A DNA stretch of 64,000 bases from Lama glama (taxonomy: Eukaryota). Under the pieces are notes generated by a model. The model was not told the DNA's origin. It searched no databases and saw only the letters and a program-made list of their open reading frames with translations. Shown piece by piece: positions 1 through 11,620 of this stretch. Both the position numbers and the translations under genes were made by a program. Numbering within the stretch: the first letter of the stretch is position 1; each line of letters opens with the position of its first letter. The stretch lies in contig CM052816.1 in NCBI GenBank assembly GCA_028534125.1, positions 37,512,001-37,576,000 on the forward strand. Direction: 5' to 3'.

Positions 1-745
1 CAGTACTGAAACTCCTTATGAGGAAAGGAAATATACCAGCTTAAGAGTACTTATCCCTTTGAGTACTCGGATTAACTAGTCATAGGCCAATTGCTAAGGA
101 AGGAATTACAAAGCCAAATGGTAAATTTGAATATTAAACTGAAAGGAGATGCCCTGCCATCCAGTTCCCCAGAGGGCAGTGTGAGTGCACTGCTGTTTTA
201 TGGTCACCCTTACATGTTCTGGATAGATACTTCCCAACTTCCTAACTACCTAATCAATTCTTAATAAATCAAATACTTGACTAATACAGCCAATGGTATA
301 GAATAACCTAAGATACCTTTGGCATATTTTCCTTGATATGGAAGAAAAATCTGGGAGTAAGTTTTGAGGAAGAGTTGGAGCGAGTGCTATTATTCAAAAT
401 GAAAAGGAATCTAGATTACGTATAATATTAGCAAAGACCTTGCAGACAGTAGTTACTTATATGATGTTCAAATGCGTGGCAAAATGCATTATTTAACAGA
501 CAAGGATCCTTGATCATCACAGTACCTCCTTATTTAATTTATTATAAAATGAATAATCATTTATTTGTAATTCATAGCTATTGCAAGATCCGGTTAATGG
601 GCAGTAATTTAGAATCACAATTATGTAACTGAGAAAATGAGTGTTTCTCAGCTTTCCAAGACGTCATAATGTTTTCTTTTTATACTTAAATGATGTCACC
701 AAATTTGCTTTGCATATGTGCCCATCCTGTTGGTCTGCATTGCAG

Positions 746-754
746 ACATACACA
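746..754 (+). CDS. Candidate 9-nt microexon (ACATACACA)
   Basis: Acceptor ...ccatcctgttggtctgcattgcag| with TGC motifs just upstream; consensus donor CA|gtaagt; length divisible by 3; no stop in any phase; unique sequence. Confidence 0.45.
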
Positions 755-1273
755 GTAAGTGCTCTTTTTCTGCATATAATTTATTCTAAGCAGAGGAACT
801 ATTATAGCTGCCATCTGTTTTGGCTACTTCTCATCTTTTTTGGCACATGAACAATAGTTTAGTGAACAATCGAATCGTGGACTTATTTACTACTCTAGAT
901 AGTGCTATAAAGACTCTTTGTCATAGTGAATATAGACACAAATTGTGTTTCAACAACATTCATTAGGGACCAAGGTTGCAGTAGATATTGTCTTTCCCTT
1001 GGGTTTCACATTTCTATTTTAATTCTGACGAGATCAATTTAAGTTTCTATAGTAAATTTTCTCCAAGAAATTGCCAGATACTTAAACCTTTTAGAATTAG
1101 ATCAAAGAAAAGAGGGAGGAAAAATGTAACTTTTTAAAAAAGGACTAATAAGGGATAACTATGATAAACTATTTTTAAAAGTAGCATCAGAACCGAGTAC
1201 TTTTATCAATTAAAATCTAAATTTGCTTATTTAAATTTTAAAAATGTTTTCCTTTTATTAAAATTAAAGATGC

Positions 1274-1738
1274 TGTAATAGTTTCCTGTGGCTGCTATAA
1301 TAAATTATCAAAATGTGAGTGTATTTAAGCAACAGAAATTTATTTTCCTGCAGTTTTGGAGGCCAGAAATGAGGAGTCACAGTGCCATCAGGGCCAGGCT
1401 ACTTCTAGAAGTTTAAGAGGAGAGCCTATTCCTTGCCTCTTTCAGCTTTTGGTGGCTGTCACATTCACTGGTTTGTGGCTCCATAATCCAAACTCTGCCT
1501 CTGTCTTCACATGACCTTTTTTTCCATCTGTGTCTTTTCCTCTTTCAGCTCTTAAAAGAGTATTTTTAACTGAGTTTATGGTCCATGCAGGAAGATTTCA
1601 TCTCAAGATCCTTAATTAAATTTTGTATGCAATGACCCTTTTGACCCTTTCTGCAAATAAGGTAACAGTGACATGTTTTAGCCATAAGGATGTGGGCATA
1701 TCTTTTGGTGGGGAGGAATCATCATTTGACCTATTACA
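1274..1738 (-). mobile_element. ERVL-MaLR solo LTR, MLT1B/C-like
   Basis: TG...CA termini; motifs tagtttcctgtggctgctataa, aagcaacagaaatttatt, ctctgcctctgtcttcacatg and caaataaggtaaca match the reverse of the remembered MLT1B/C consensus. Confidence 0.85.
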
Positions 1739-2011
1739 GAAAGTATCTGCCAAAAATATTTAATACCAGAATAGCATCTGATAAAACTGTGTTAGTTTAG
1801 GAGTCTAGTTTATGAAGAAATAGCAGCAAAGAAGAGAAGGCCACTCGCTATATAATGCCAACATTCCACAGGGTCCATCTTCATTCTTTTTCTCTATAAA
1901 TCATTGTTTCTGGTACTCAAATATTTATCTAAACTTCTGTTTGACTTCATTTGCCACTGCCTAAATGTATGGTACATCCCTACCTGACACCTCTTCTTCC
2001 TCCATGCGAAG

Positions 2012-2068
2012 GAGACGATCAAGGCTCTACCAACTGTGGGGTCTTCGCTTAATATTATGTGTTTTTAG
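2012..2068 (+). CDS. Candidate exon, possibly an alternative terminal exon, after a strong splice acceptor
   Basis: Branch-like cctgac, pyrimidine tract cctcttcttcctcc, then atgcgaag|. Phase 0 reads ETIKALPTVGSSLNIMCF*; phase 1 reads xDDQGSTNCGVFA*. No strong donor found. Confidence 0.25.
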   Translation, partial: ETIKALPTVGSSLNIMCF

Positions 2069-2789
2069 GGCTACACTTAAATAGAAGTCCAGTACCAAAG
2101 CTGTACTTGGTACTTGCACATTTATCCATGGACCAAGTCAAGCTTTTTTCTATTCTATTAGTTGACTATCAAGAACCTCCCATGATGCTGTGGGTATTGT
2201 TGAGAAAGAAATGTCCATCGATCCTTTGTTTAAAGTTCAAATTGATGGATAAAAGGATCTAAAAGAGTTACATCAAGTTTATGCATAACTATGAAGAAGT
2301 TTGTGTTGGAATATTTGGTGAAATTAAATACTATTTTTTAAAAACTTCAAACATCATTTAATGACATAAATAATTAGTATTTTAACTATTCTCTTCGTTT
2401 CATGTTCTTTAAAACGTACAAAAAATAGAAGAGAAGGAATCATACTGCAATTTTTAATTTAAAAGATTTGACCAAGAGGCGGATAGTAGACTTACAGGAT
2501 AGAAGTCATTTACATCTGGACTTGGAAATCTCTACCCTTTGGTCTGGGGATATTTGGATGCATGGATTTAACCCTTAGCAAAGATAAGGGTAGTGGGATT
2601 GACGATGTGCTGCGTAAAGTCAAAAACCCCCCGTTAACCCCAATGGTCAGTTGGTTTATTGATGGTTTCATCTGGCATAACTGGGTAGAATCTATGATCA
2701 GAAGGTAAAAAGATCATGCTGGGAATATCTGCCTTCAGCAGATTACTGGTCGACCTTGCCAGTGAATCATTCTTATAGTTAGTGATTTT

Positions 2790-3220
2790 TGTGATCTGTT
2801 GAAGAAATCTTTTGCCAGCCTAAGATGATAAAGATACTCTTCTATGTTTTCATTGAGAAAGCGTTTTGTTTTACTTTTGTTATGTATATTTTGAAATATA
2901 TATCCTTTCATGTGGAATTGATTTTTGTGTAATATGAAAAAAGGGACAGTTTTCCATTTGGATACCAAATTTCCCCAGGACTCTTTGGTGTAAAGCCTAT
3001 CTTTTCTGCAAAGCACTGTAGAGTTACTGTTTCAAAAAGTGAGTGAAAGGATATCTGGGACTGTTTCTGGATCCTTTACTGTATTCCATTAGTCTGTTTT
3101 ATTTTCCATGCACATTATCTTAGTGTAATTTCATAATAGTTCAACATGTGGTGTAAGTTTCTACTCTCTTTAAAGTCAAAACTATCTAGATTTTTCACAT
3201 ATTACTGCATTGCCATATAT
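2790..3220 (-). mobile_element. Ancient L1 (L1ME-like) ORF2 fragment
   Basis: Degenerate match to antisense L1 ORF2 (gaattgatttttgtgt, ctgtttctggatcctttactgtattccatt). Confidence 0.6.
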
Positions 3221-3221
3221 T

Positions 3222-5330
3222 TTAAAAGTTGAAATATAATTGACACATATTTGTCTTTTCATCTGACTTAATCCACTTTTCATGATGCTCCCAAGTTCCT
3301 TTCATGTTGCCATGAATGGCAAGATTTATGTTTATCACTGAATGATATTCATGTGTGTATAATATATAAAGACACCAATCTTCAAAATCTATTGCATCAG
3401 TGAACACTTAGTTTGTTTTCATGTTTTGGCTTTTGTAAATAATGCTGCCGTGAACATGGGAGTGCATATATTTTTCAATGTTTTTATTTTCTTTGGATAA
3501 AACCTAAAGTGGAATTGCTGGATCATATGGTGGTTCTATTTTTAATTTTTGAGGAACTTCTATACTGTTTTTCATAGTGGCTGCGCCAATTTGTATCCCT
3601 TCCAAGAGTATACAGAGTTCGCTTTTCTCCATATCTTCACCATTACTTGTTACCTCATCTTTTTGGTAATAGTCATTCTAATAGGTATGAGGAGATATCT
3701 TCTTGTGGTTTTGATTTGCATTTTCTTGATGATTAGTGATGTTGAGCATCTTTTCATATACCTGCTAGTTATCTGTGTGACTTTTTTGTTGTCAGGTGGT
3801 TTTTTGATTACTGATTATCTCCTTGCTAATAATTGGTCTTTGCAGATTTTCTGTTTCTTCATATTTCAGCCTTGGTAGATTGCTTGTTTCTAGGAATTTA
3901 TACATTTCTTTTAATTTGTCTAATACATCAGATAATTTTTCATAGTACTCTCTTACATTGCTTTGTATTTTGTAGTGATCAATTGTAACATCTCTTATTT
4001 CGTGTCTGATTTATTGATTTGGGTCCTCTTTTTTCTTGGTGTGTATAGCTAAAAGTTTGTCAGTTTTGCTTATCTTTTAAAAATACCAGCTCTTGATTTC
4101 ATTGATTTTTTTTCTATTGACTTTCAGTCTGTTTCATTGATTCCACTCTGATCTTTCTATTTACTATTTCTACTAATTTTAAACTTTGTTCTTCTTTCTC
4201 AGTTTCCTTGATGTGTAAAGGTAGTTTGTTTATTTTAGATTTTTCTTATTTCTTGATGAAGACATTGATCACTATGAACTTCCCTCTTAGAATTGCTCTT
4301 GCTGCATCCCGTAAGTTTTGGTAGATTGTATTTCCATTTTCATTTGTCTCAAGATACTTTTAATTTCTCTTTTGCTTTATTCTTTGAACCATTGAGTGTT
4401 CAGTAGCATGTTGTTTAATCTCCACATATTGGCGAATTTTCCAGTTTTCTTCTTGCAATTGATTTCCAGATTGATAAGATTGTGGTCAGAAAAGATGCTT
4501 GATAGGCTTTCAGTCTTCTTAAATTTACTAAGACTCCTTTCTTGGCCTAACATACGATGTATCCTGGAGAATATTCCATCTGTGCTTAAGTAGAGTATGT
4601 ATACTGTTGCTTTTGAATAGAATGCCCTCTGATTGTCTTTTAAGTCTGTCTGTTCTACCATGTTGTTTAAGGCCTACAGTTACTAATTGACTTTCTGAAC
4701 AGGTCACCTATCCATTGATATTAATGGGGACTAAAAGTCCTCTACTATTTTATTGCTGTCTATTTCATCCTTGAGATCTGTTAATACTTGTTTTATATAT
4801 TTAGGTGCTTTTATACTGGGTGTATAATTATTTTAAAATGTTATATTCTCTTGTTTTATTGACCCCTTTATCATTATGTAATGGTCTTCTTTGTCTCTTA
4901 TTAGAGTCTTTGTCTTAAATTTTATTTTGTCTGGTGTAGGTATAGCTCTCTCAACTTTCCTTTGGTTTCAGCTTGTATGGAATACCCTTTTCCATCTCTT
5001 TAATGTGTGTGTCCTTATATCTCAAGTGAATTTCTTGTGAGCAGCATACAGATAAGGCTTTGTCTTTTGACTGGAGAATTTAGTCTATTTACATTGACCT
5101 TTATTGATCAGTATATTATTATTGCCATTTTGTAGTTTCTTGCTGTTTTGTAATTCTTCTGTTCCTTTCTTCTCTTGTTGTCTTTCTGGTTTAATGATTT
5201 TCTGAATTAGTGTGCTTAGACTCCTTTATCTTTTTTTGTTTTCTGTAGATTTTTGCTTTGTGATTACTGTGAGGTTTACATAAAACAACTTATATTTTAA
5301 GCAATCAATTTTAAATTAATAACGGCATCA
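3222..5330 (-). mobile_element. L1 with internal deletions (3' end of ORF2 joined to endonuclease/linker region)
   Basis: 3250-3780 matches the ORF2 3' end. 3790-5330 is linker plus endonuclease; ORF 4377-4661 reads ...FSRIHRMLG...IFSDHN...WRLNNMLLN, carrying the L1 EN SDH motif. Confidence 0.92.
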
Positions 5331-5529
5331 GTTAGATTAGAGGTCCTGCAAGGAGAGGAATAGGAGATAACTATTGGGATGACTGAGTTTGGGGTAGAAA
5401 ATGAAGAGTAGAGATTCTAATTGACGGTCAGGGTCTGTGAATGCTTGCATCGTACCTGGATTGTTACAGGTTTATGGGGGAAAAACGAAGATTTATTTTA
5501 AAATACGCATGGAGGACTATAGGGTCAAG

Positions 5530-5995
5530 AATGTAACTTAGGACTCTTGTTTGCAAGTCATAAAACCCAAATTAAAAAAAAAATCAAATAAATAAAGCAG
5601 TTTCTAGTTTTCAGAACTTTTCAGTAGTGGAGCTGTTTCTAAATATAAATGATTTTATGTACTCAAAGACTACATGAGAAATTTATTACTTAGTGCTGAT
5701 TTTCTCCACGTTGGCTTCATGTTTAAGGGGGCTACTCCTGGTTGAGCAATGATGTCTCAATTCCACTGATTTGGCAAATCTTACTGAAAGAGAGTGCTTT
5801 ATTTACTATAGTTTCAAGCCAGGTGTTTGGATTGGGTCTCTCTGGTTTGGTTTGAATCATGTAATCAACTTTAAATCATGCACTGTGGCCAGGAACATCT
5901 AGAGGTGTGGCCTCCCATCTACAATTACAAAGACTGAGATGGGGAATAATTACTTCCCCCAAGGAAATTCAAGAGAATTTGATGTTAAAGTAATA
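5530..5995 (-). mobile_element. Old MaLR LTR, MLT1K/L-like
   Basis: aggactcttgtttgcaagtcataaaacccaa and atcatgcactgtggccagg resemble MLT1K/L motifs. Confidence 0.6.
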
Positions 5996-8298
5996 GATAC
6001 ATACTGTAAGTTGAACTGGTTTAAGTTAATTTGTCTGTAAAATGTGAAAATTTTAAAATCACCATGATTTGGGGTCCTTAGAATTTTATAAGTGAAAGAA
6101 GAGATATTTTAGTGCAAATTTGCTTCAGTGGGAACTTTTAAAGTGGGTATCAAAGGATAACAGTAGAATAGAGAAATCCAGATGGGAAAACCCAATGGGA
6201 CCTAACATGGGAAAACTGGGCAGGGTACAGAGGCTGAAGGTGTAATGTCACAGAGTGCAAATTAATGTAAAGTGGAAAGAGAAAGACTAAAAAAAAAAGG
6301 AAACTTAGAGATAGAAATTAAGATAGTGTTTGTTCAGAGGGAATGAAAATGTTGGGGATGCGAGTGACTAGTAGCGTGCCTGGTACCAGGCAAATACTTA
6401 CTTGTTAAATCTATTCAGATAAGATAGAACATTTTAAAACCCAGAGATGATTGTATTGGCAAGTAGTTACTTTGAAAAGATAATCTAGGATAATGTATTC
6501 AAACAATAATAGGTCACGGTTTCAGAGTATTTGACAGGTGTAAAAAAGGGAGCATTGTCTAAACTGACGGCTGTTGCTGGAGTTGAATAAGGAAAACATA
6601 AGGAAGTTGGGTATGAAACGTACAGCAAGTATTTTTTCTTTCAGAGTGGGTCAAAACCAAGGTCACTTTGTAGAAATGGATTTTTTTCTGGAAGAATGGA
6701 AATTGGAAATTTCCCTTAATATCCTCATTGAAAAAAATCCCATTTTATTAGAGTAATGGTAGGCAATAAAACATGACTTCCCTCTTCTCCCGTTTATTAA
6801 TGAATTAGAATGCGCAAAACTGTTGATAATTGACATAAAAAGTCTCATAAGTATAATTAATGTCTCTATTACCAGGATTTTAATTTTACAAAAGTAACAT
6901 TTTACAAAATTATATTACATTAAAAATGAGTTTTATCGCACTATTTGGAAAAGAAGTGTGATGACAATTTTTAAAATGATAAGCATGGATGATGCAGAAG
7001 GCAGTTTGGCCTGTGTGAGAATGTCTTCTTAGAAGATGTGAAATGAGATTAACTAAATATTTTTGATACTAAAAAATGATCATTTTAAAGTTATATATAT
7101 TTCATTTCCAAGGGTCTTCTATTTGAAATTTTGAATACTTAAAACTATTGAGAAAAGAAAGCTCTGAATCAAAATCTAAAATGTAGGTTAGACTCTAAAA
7201 CATTGGAGAAAGTGCTGCATTTGGCAAATATGCAAATACGTCCCTGCAATAATAACATACAGTTTAGCATCTACTGCTTGATCCTCCAGTGGATAATTAA
7301 GTGTGTGCCCTCTCCAAACAGTTTATCCTAAGAATACATACTAATATTGCTAATTAAAATGTCCCATTAATGTCTTCATTTTATTTCATAGCTCAGTTAT
7401 TTTTCTAGGCAGGTGAACTAGTATATGCCTATTATTAGCTTACATGTTGAATCCCATCCAGTAGTAATTCACAATCATTCTATGCCATTTCCAGCTTTGA
7501 ACTAGCTCCATATGCTGAAGACTAAAAACTCCTCTCCCACTCTGCTTGTTTTGTCTTACAAATGCTGTACCATTGCCAGATCAGTCTGAGGTGCTTAGAA
7601 CTTTATCACAGCTTTCATTTATGTACAGTTAGATTAGAAAATACATTTAATCTTTCATTCCAAATATCTTTAGTTCATGTATATTATGATACAAATTTAC
7701 AGATATTTTTTCTGGTCATCTGAATTTTATGTCAGGTTAGCTTTACCTCCTAATATCTATGGTTGAAAAAAAATTGATGGCAAGTCTTTAGGACACTGGG
7801 TTCACAGAATCTGATCTGTGAGGTGGAAAAAGGAGGGAGAAGATGAGCAATACGAAGAGAAAAGGCCCAAGATAAACTGCATTCAGCTTTGTCTTGCCCT
7901 TGACATGTTTCTTACTGAAAGATGTAAGCCTTATATGCATGCCACTCTCTTAATTTTTAAATTTTTCTAATAACTTGTTTTAGAATTAAAACTTTTAAGG
8001 CCTTCAGAGATGTAACCGTAACTTTGAGGCGGCGGGGGGGACCATCCTGCCTTGTACAGGGCTGAGGAAACACTGAGTCCTGCCCTCCGCGTGGGGACTG
8101 ATGGACTTGAGCAGCAGTGATGCTGAGATGACGGAGGCTTACGATGGTCTTGACTTGGGCCGAGGTCTTTTACATAAGTTAATGCATTTCAAACACGTAA
8201 GACTAAATGCCACTGAATTTCCTTGATTTTCAGTTTATTCATTTTTTTAACAAATAAAGGTTGGTTTTAGAATAGGTCATCATCTATTTCCCTCCCAG

Positions 8299-8418
8299 TT
8301 GAAAGCCCGAATACTGATGGAAGATGAACAACCTCTAACTGCAAGTGTGAGGCTGACTGTTGCAATGGCAATGCCGTCTCTCTTGACATTGACTCCGACG
8401 AGAACTTTGGCCCCATCA
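8299..8418 (+). CDS. Candidate 120-nt exon (phase 0: LKARILMEDEQPLTASVRLTVAMAMPSLLTLTPTRTLAPS)
   Basis: Acceptor tcatctatttccctcccag| and donor TCA|gtaagc; open in phase 0; in-frame upstream acceptor at 8260; GC- and CpG-enriched unique island. Phase 1 would give xESPNTDGR*. Confidence 0.35.
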
Positions 8419-9048
8419 GTAAGCACAGGACTAGGAATACACACGGGTTCAGGGATGGCAGGGAATACATTTAGTCAGTGTGAGACTAGAAAAGTTTGCC
8501 ACCTGCATCTTTTTCATATTCTTCCTCTAAACACGTACAATGGCTATAATGTGTATTTCTTTCTTTATCCCCTGACATAGTATCTCATTGTTTGTTGGAC
8601 AGGATTATTCTAAAGTAAAGTAGAAGTGAAAAATAAAGGTTTTAAACCTCAGCGTGAGCTCTCTCGTTATAATTCCTATATGTATCAATCTTTCACTTGC
8701 TGAATAAAATGTAATCACAGGCTATTCTCTACCCCTTGGATCTGTCTATGTGTCATCTTTTGGAATCAGTCAAATAATTGCAAATGAAAATAAAATTGTA
8801 GAGCACATCTGAATAGTGAGCAATCAACTTTTGGAACTTTGCTGCATATATCAATTATCAAATTGAGATGCATATCCATTGCTCTTAGTTATTTTTATAA
8901 AGTGAATACAACCCACATGTCCTATTCAGACAAAATCTTTTCCTCTAGAAATTGTCCCCACAAAGCTACCCAAAGAGCAGGAATTAAAGCTTTTTTGAAA
9001 TTTGTTTATGAACACATGGTTGCAGTTGGGATTTTTTGTTGTTTCTTT

Positions 9049-9067
9049 CTGTGTGTGTGTGTGTGTG
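9049..9067. repeat. (TG)n microsatellite
   Basis: Direct reading. Confidence 0.9.
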
Positions 9068-9659
9068 TTTCTGACTGAAATAAACCAAAGAAGTTTTCAC
9101 ATATAAATCAATCTAACTGTTGTATTCTGGGTACATGACCCATGTATTTTGAAGTAAGTGTAACTCAATATTAACTTGCCCTATCGAGAACGGCTGAAGT
9201 ATGTCTTACATTTAGGTAACCTATATAACTCTTATATTTAGGTAATGTAAAGATAAAAGTTTGTAGAAAATATAATTAAAATGTATTAACAGTAGTCTCA
9301 ATAAGGCAGCTAATGATGTTCTTAGCTTTGCTCATTTGACATTTATTGTTAAAAGTATAAAATTCCCTCAAATCAAAATATATTTTGATTAAAAATCAGA
9401 CACATTAGACACATCAGATAGTAAATATATCAACTTGGTGTGATGCTGTCTCATAGCTTTTCAGTTGAGGTTTATAAAGGATATTATAGAGCTAGGGTAG
9501 AACCATATCAGATATAATAGCCATAAATTTGAAATATCCTCCAAAAGAGAGAAGTTATTTTCAAACACTTTTGTAACTGACAGCTGCTCAATAAGGCTGT
9601 CTTCTCCAAAGTGTACATGTCACCTCACAGACAGTGGGTAATGCCATGCTTTTTAATCA

Positions 9660-9741
9660 TTCCCGGAAGTACTTGAACACTTATGGGAATAATAGTGCTG
9701 TGTCATTCTGAATTGATTTAATCTCTGGCACGTTCCTGGAA
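9660..9741. promoter_or_regulatory. Cluster of STAT (GAS) motifs with an overlapping ETS motif
   Basis: TTCCCGGAA 9660-9668 overlapping CCGGAAGT, TTATGGGAA 9681-9689 and TTCCTGGAA 9733-9741, all in unique DNA. Confidence 0.4.
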
Positions 9742-10899
9742 GTCACTTCATGGTACACTGTTATACAAGAAATGAAGGAAAATTACTGCAGAAAGGGAAA
9801 GAAGGCTCATGGTACCGGGCAACAGTGATCATTTCAAATATTATAAAGCACGTCACTGAATCTCTTTCTGCCTCGATGTAACCTCCCTTTTCTGTATCAA
9901 TATTATTAAGGTATATCATCTACTATGAAGAAGTGCTTACCTTCTAAGAAATATAACTTAGATACAGTGTCAAAGAAATATGACTCACTATCCTGAAGCC
10001 TAAAAGTCATGTCTTAAGGCTTTAATAAAGATCATTATATCCATACACTAGGCACATTCATGCACATGAGTGTGTGCACGTGTGTGCACATACACTCAAA
10101 GGGAACGAATTTGTGACAGTTGACAATTTGGTTGTTTTATTAAATGTTCTGTTGTAGAAAGTGAAAACTGCCTCAATTAGTTTAGTTAACTTAAGCTTGA
10201 AGTATCTAATATTTGTTTCCTCAAAATGCTTTTAGTGGGGGCAATGTTTTAAAAGTTGTCTGTAACTTATAATAAGAAAAGAAAACCTTAAAATGAATTT
10301 GGGGCACTCAAGTGCTCAGATGACTTCATTATATTCACTGTTTCAAGTTTGAAAGCTAATCTAATGGAAGTACACATAAAATCAGTTTAAACAGTTTTTG
10401 GATAGGCTATAAGGCATTTGTTTTAAAATGTTGCCTGTGCAATATAGCTTTTTAGTATTTTCACTTCCTGATGTTATGTTTTTACTGTGTGAATTTATTA
10501 GTCCGAACATATTTTTTTCTGTAAGGTATGTTTTATACAGAAAAAATTACAACCTTTCTTTGGCTTGAAATTTATACCGGAGAATCTGTACCCTGCATCT
10601 TTTCAGATCTCTCTTGCTTTAGCAGTTTCCTGATGCAGAAAGATTAGGTGCATTTTTGCCAAATAATCTCAACAGTTTGTTCACATACATAGTTATCTCC
10701 CAAAAGGAATCTGAGACATGCTTCTTATAACATCAAAAGTTTGTTGTTATTTCTCATACATTTTTACCTCACACTCTAAAATTCTGAGAACTCCAGTTCC
10801 AATAAGTGGTTTTTTGTTTCAGTGAGAACTGGTCATCTGCCTCCCTGTGGGGGTCATCTGGACTTATATAATCATGATTGCTATTTCTAAAATTGCCAG

Positions 10900-11620
10900 A
10901 AATATAATTGCCTTGTTGTTCCCTGATAACTAGATTCTCATCCTCAGATTATTTCATATATCCCCAAATATGACTTACATCCCATCCCATTCTTAACCTA
11001 CAAACCCTTTCAATGTGCTTCTGGAACTCCTTGACTGTCATCACGGTCTCTTAAATCCTCAAAATTTTCTCTAAACCCTCCCTTTAACTTCTTCCTGTAG
11101 TATGACTTTGTTCTGAGGTCACTGATTCCACTACATTTCTGGCAGATGGCTACTATTTCCCCTTTAGCGTAAGTGATTTCTTTTTACTCTTAATGGCTAT
11201 TTTCAGACTATCATGAATCTATCCCCTTGTGCTACACACCCACACACAAACACCCTCAGCTCTGTCGAAGTTCACATTATCAGGGCATACTCCTGTTTAT
11301 ACTTTGTGCAGTCTTTCTGGTCAGTTCTCCTTGTTGGTGGATAATTTTAATATCTCCTTTACTCACATCTACTCTGTGACTGTCCTGGTCAACATTCTTC
11401 AAAATTGCATTATCATTTGAATAATCTATCCAGCATCCTGTCCGTTTGGTTCCTTGTCTTCACTTTAACTGATTTTTTTCCTTCATCTTACTCTCCTAAT
11501 ATGATACCCTAAAACTTGTCGTTATAATAAATGCTACACATCCCAAATCTCAATTTCAATCACCCTATCCTTAGAGCACTACCTGCAATATTTAAAACTT
11601 AGTCTTTCTAGAACTGAAGT
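10900..11620 (+). mobile_element. L2 fragment (endonuclease region)
   Basis: Pyrimidine-rich degenerate L2 ORF2; ataccctaaaacttgtcgttataataaatg...atctcaatttcaatcaccc resembles the HTLDLVIT...SDH region. Confidence 0.65.

Noticed and set aside
290..356. Exon candidate ending GA|gtaagt
   Set aside because: Stops in all three phases and a weak acceptor.
2024..2036. Minus-strand CAGTTGGTAGAGC resembling a tRNA A-box
   Set aside because: No B-box, cloverleaf or SINE body follows.
2091..2259. 8-bp hairpin (2091-2114) and crossing stems at 2214-2259 suggesting a pseudoknot
   Set aside because: Stems are short and the loop geometry (0/16/2 nt) is atypical; compatible with chance.
3549..3878. Hydrophobic membrane-protein-like ORFs (also 13716, 27402, 31477, 33239, 33676)
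   Set aside because: Antisense readings of L1 or T-rich DNA give F/L/I-rich peptides.
8267..8470. Minus-strand ORF ending EIDDDLF*
   Set aside because: No recognisable homolog; splice signals and L1 orientation favour the plus strand.
9205..9245. Two copies of tcttaYatttaggtaa resembling recursive splice sites
   Set aside because: A short local duplication explains it; the donors are mediocre.
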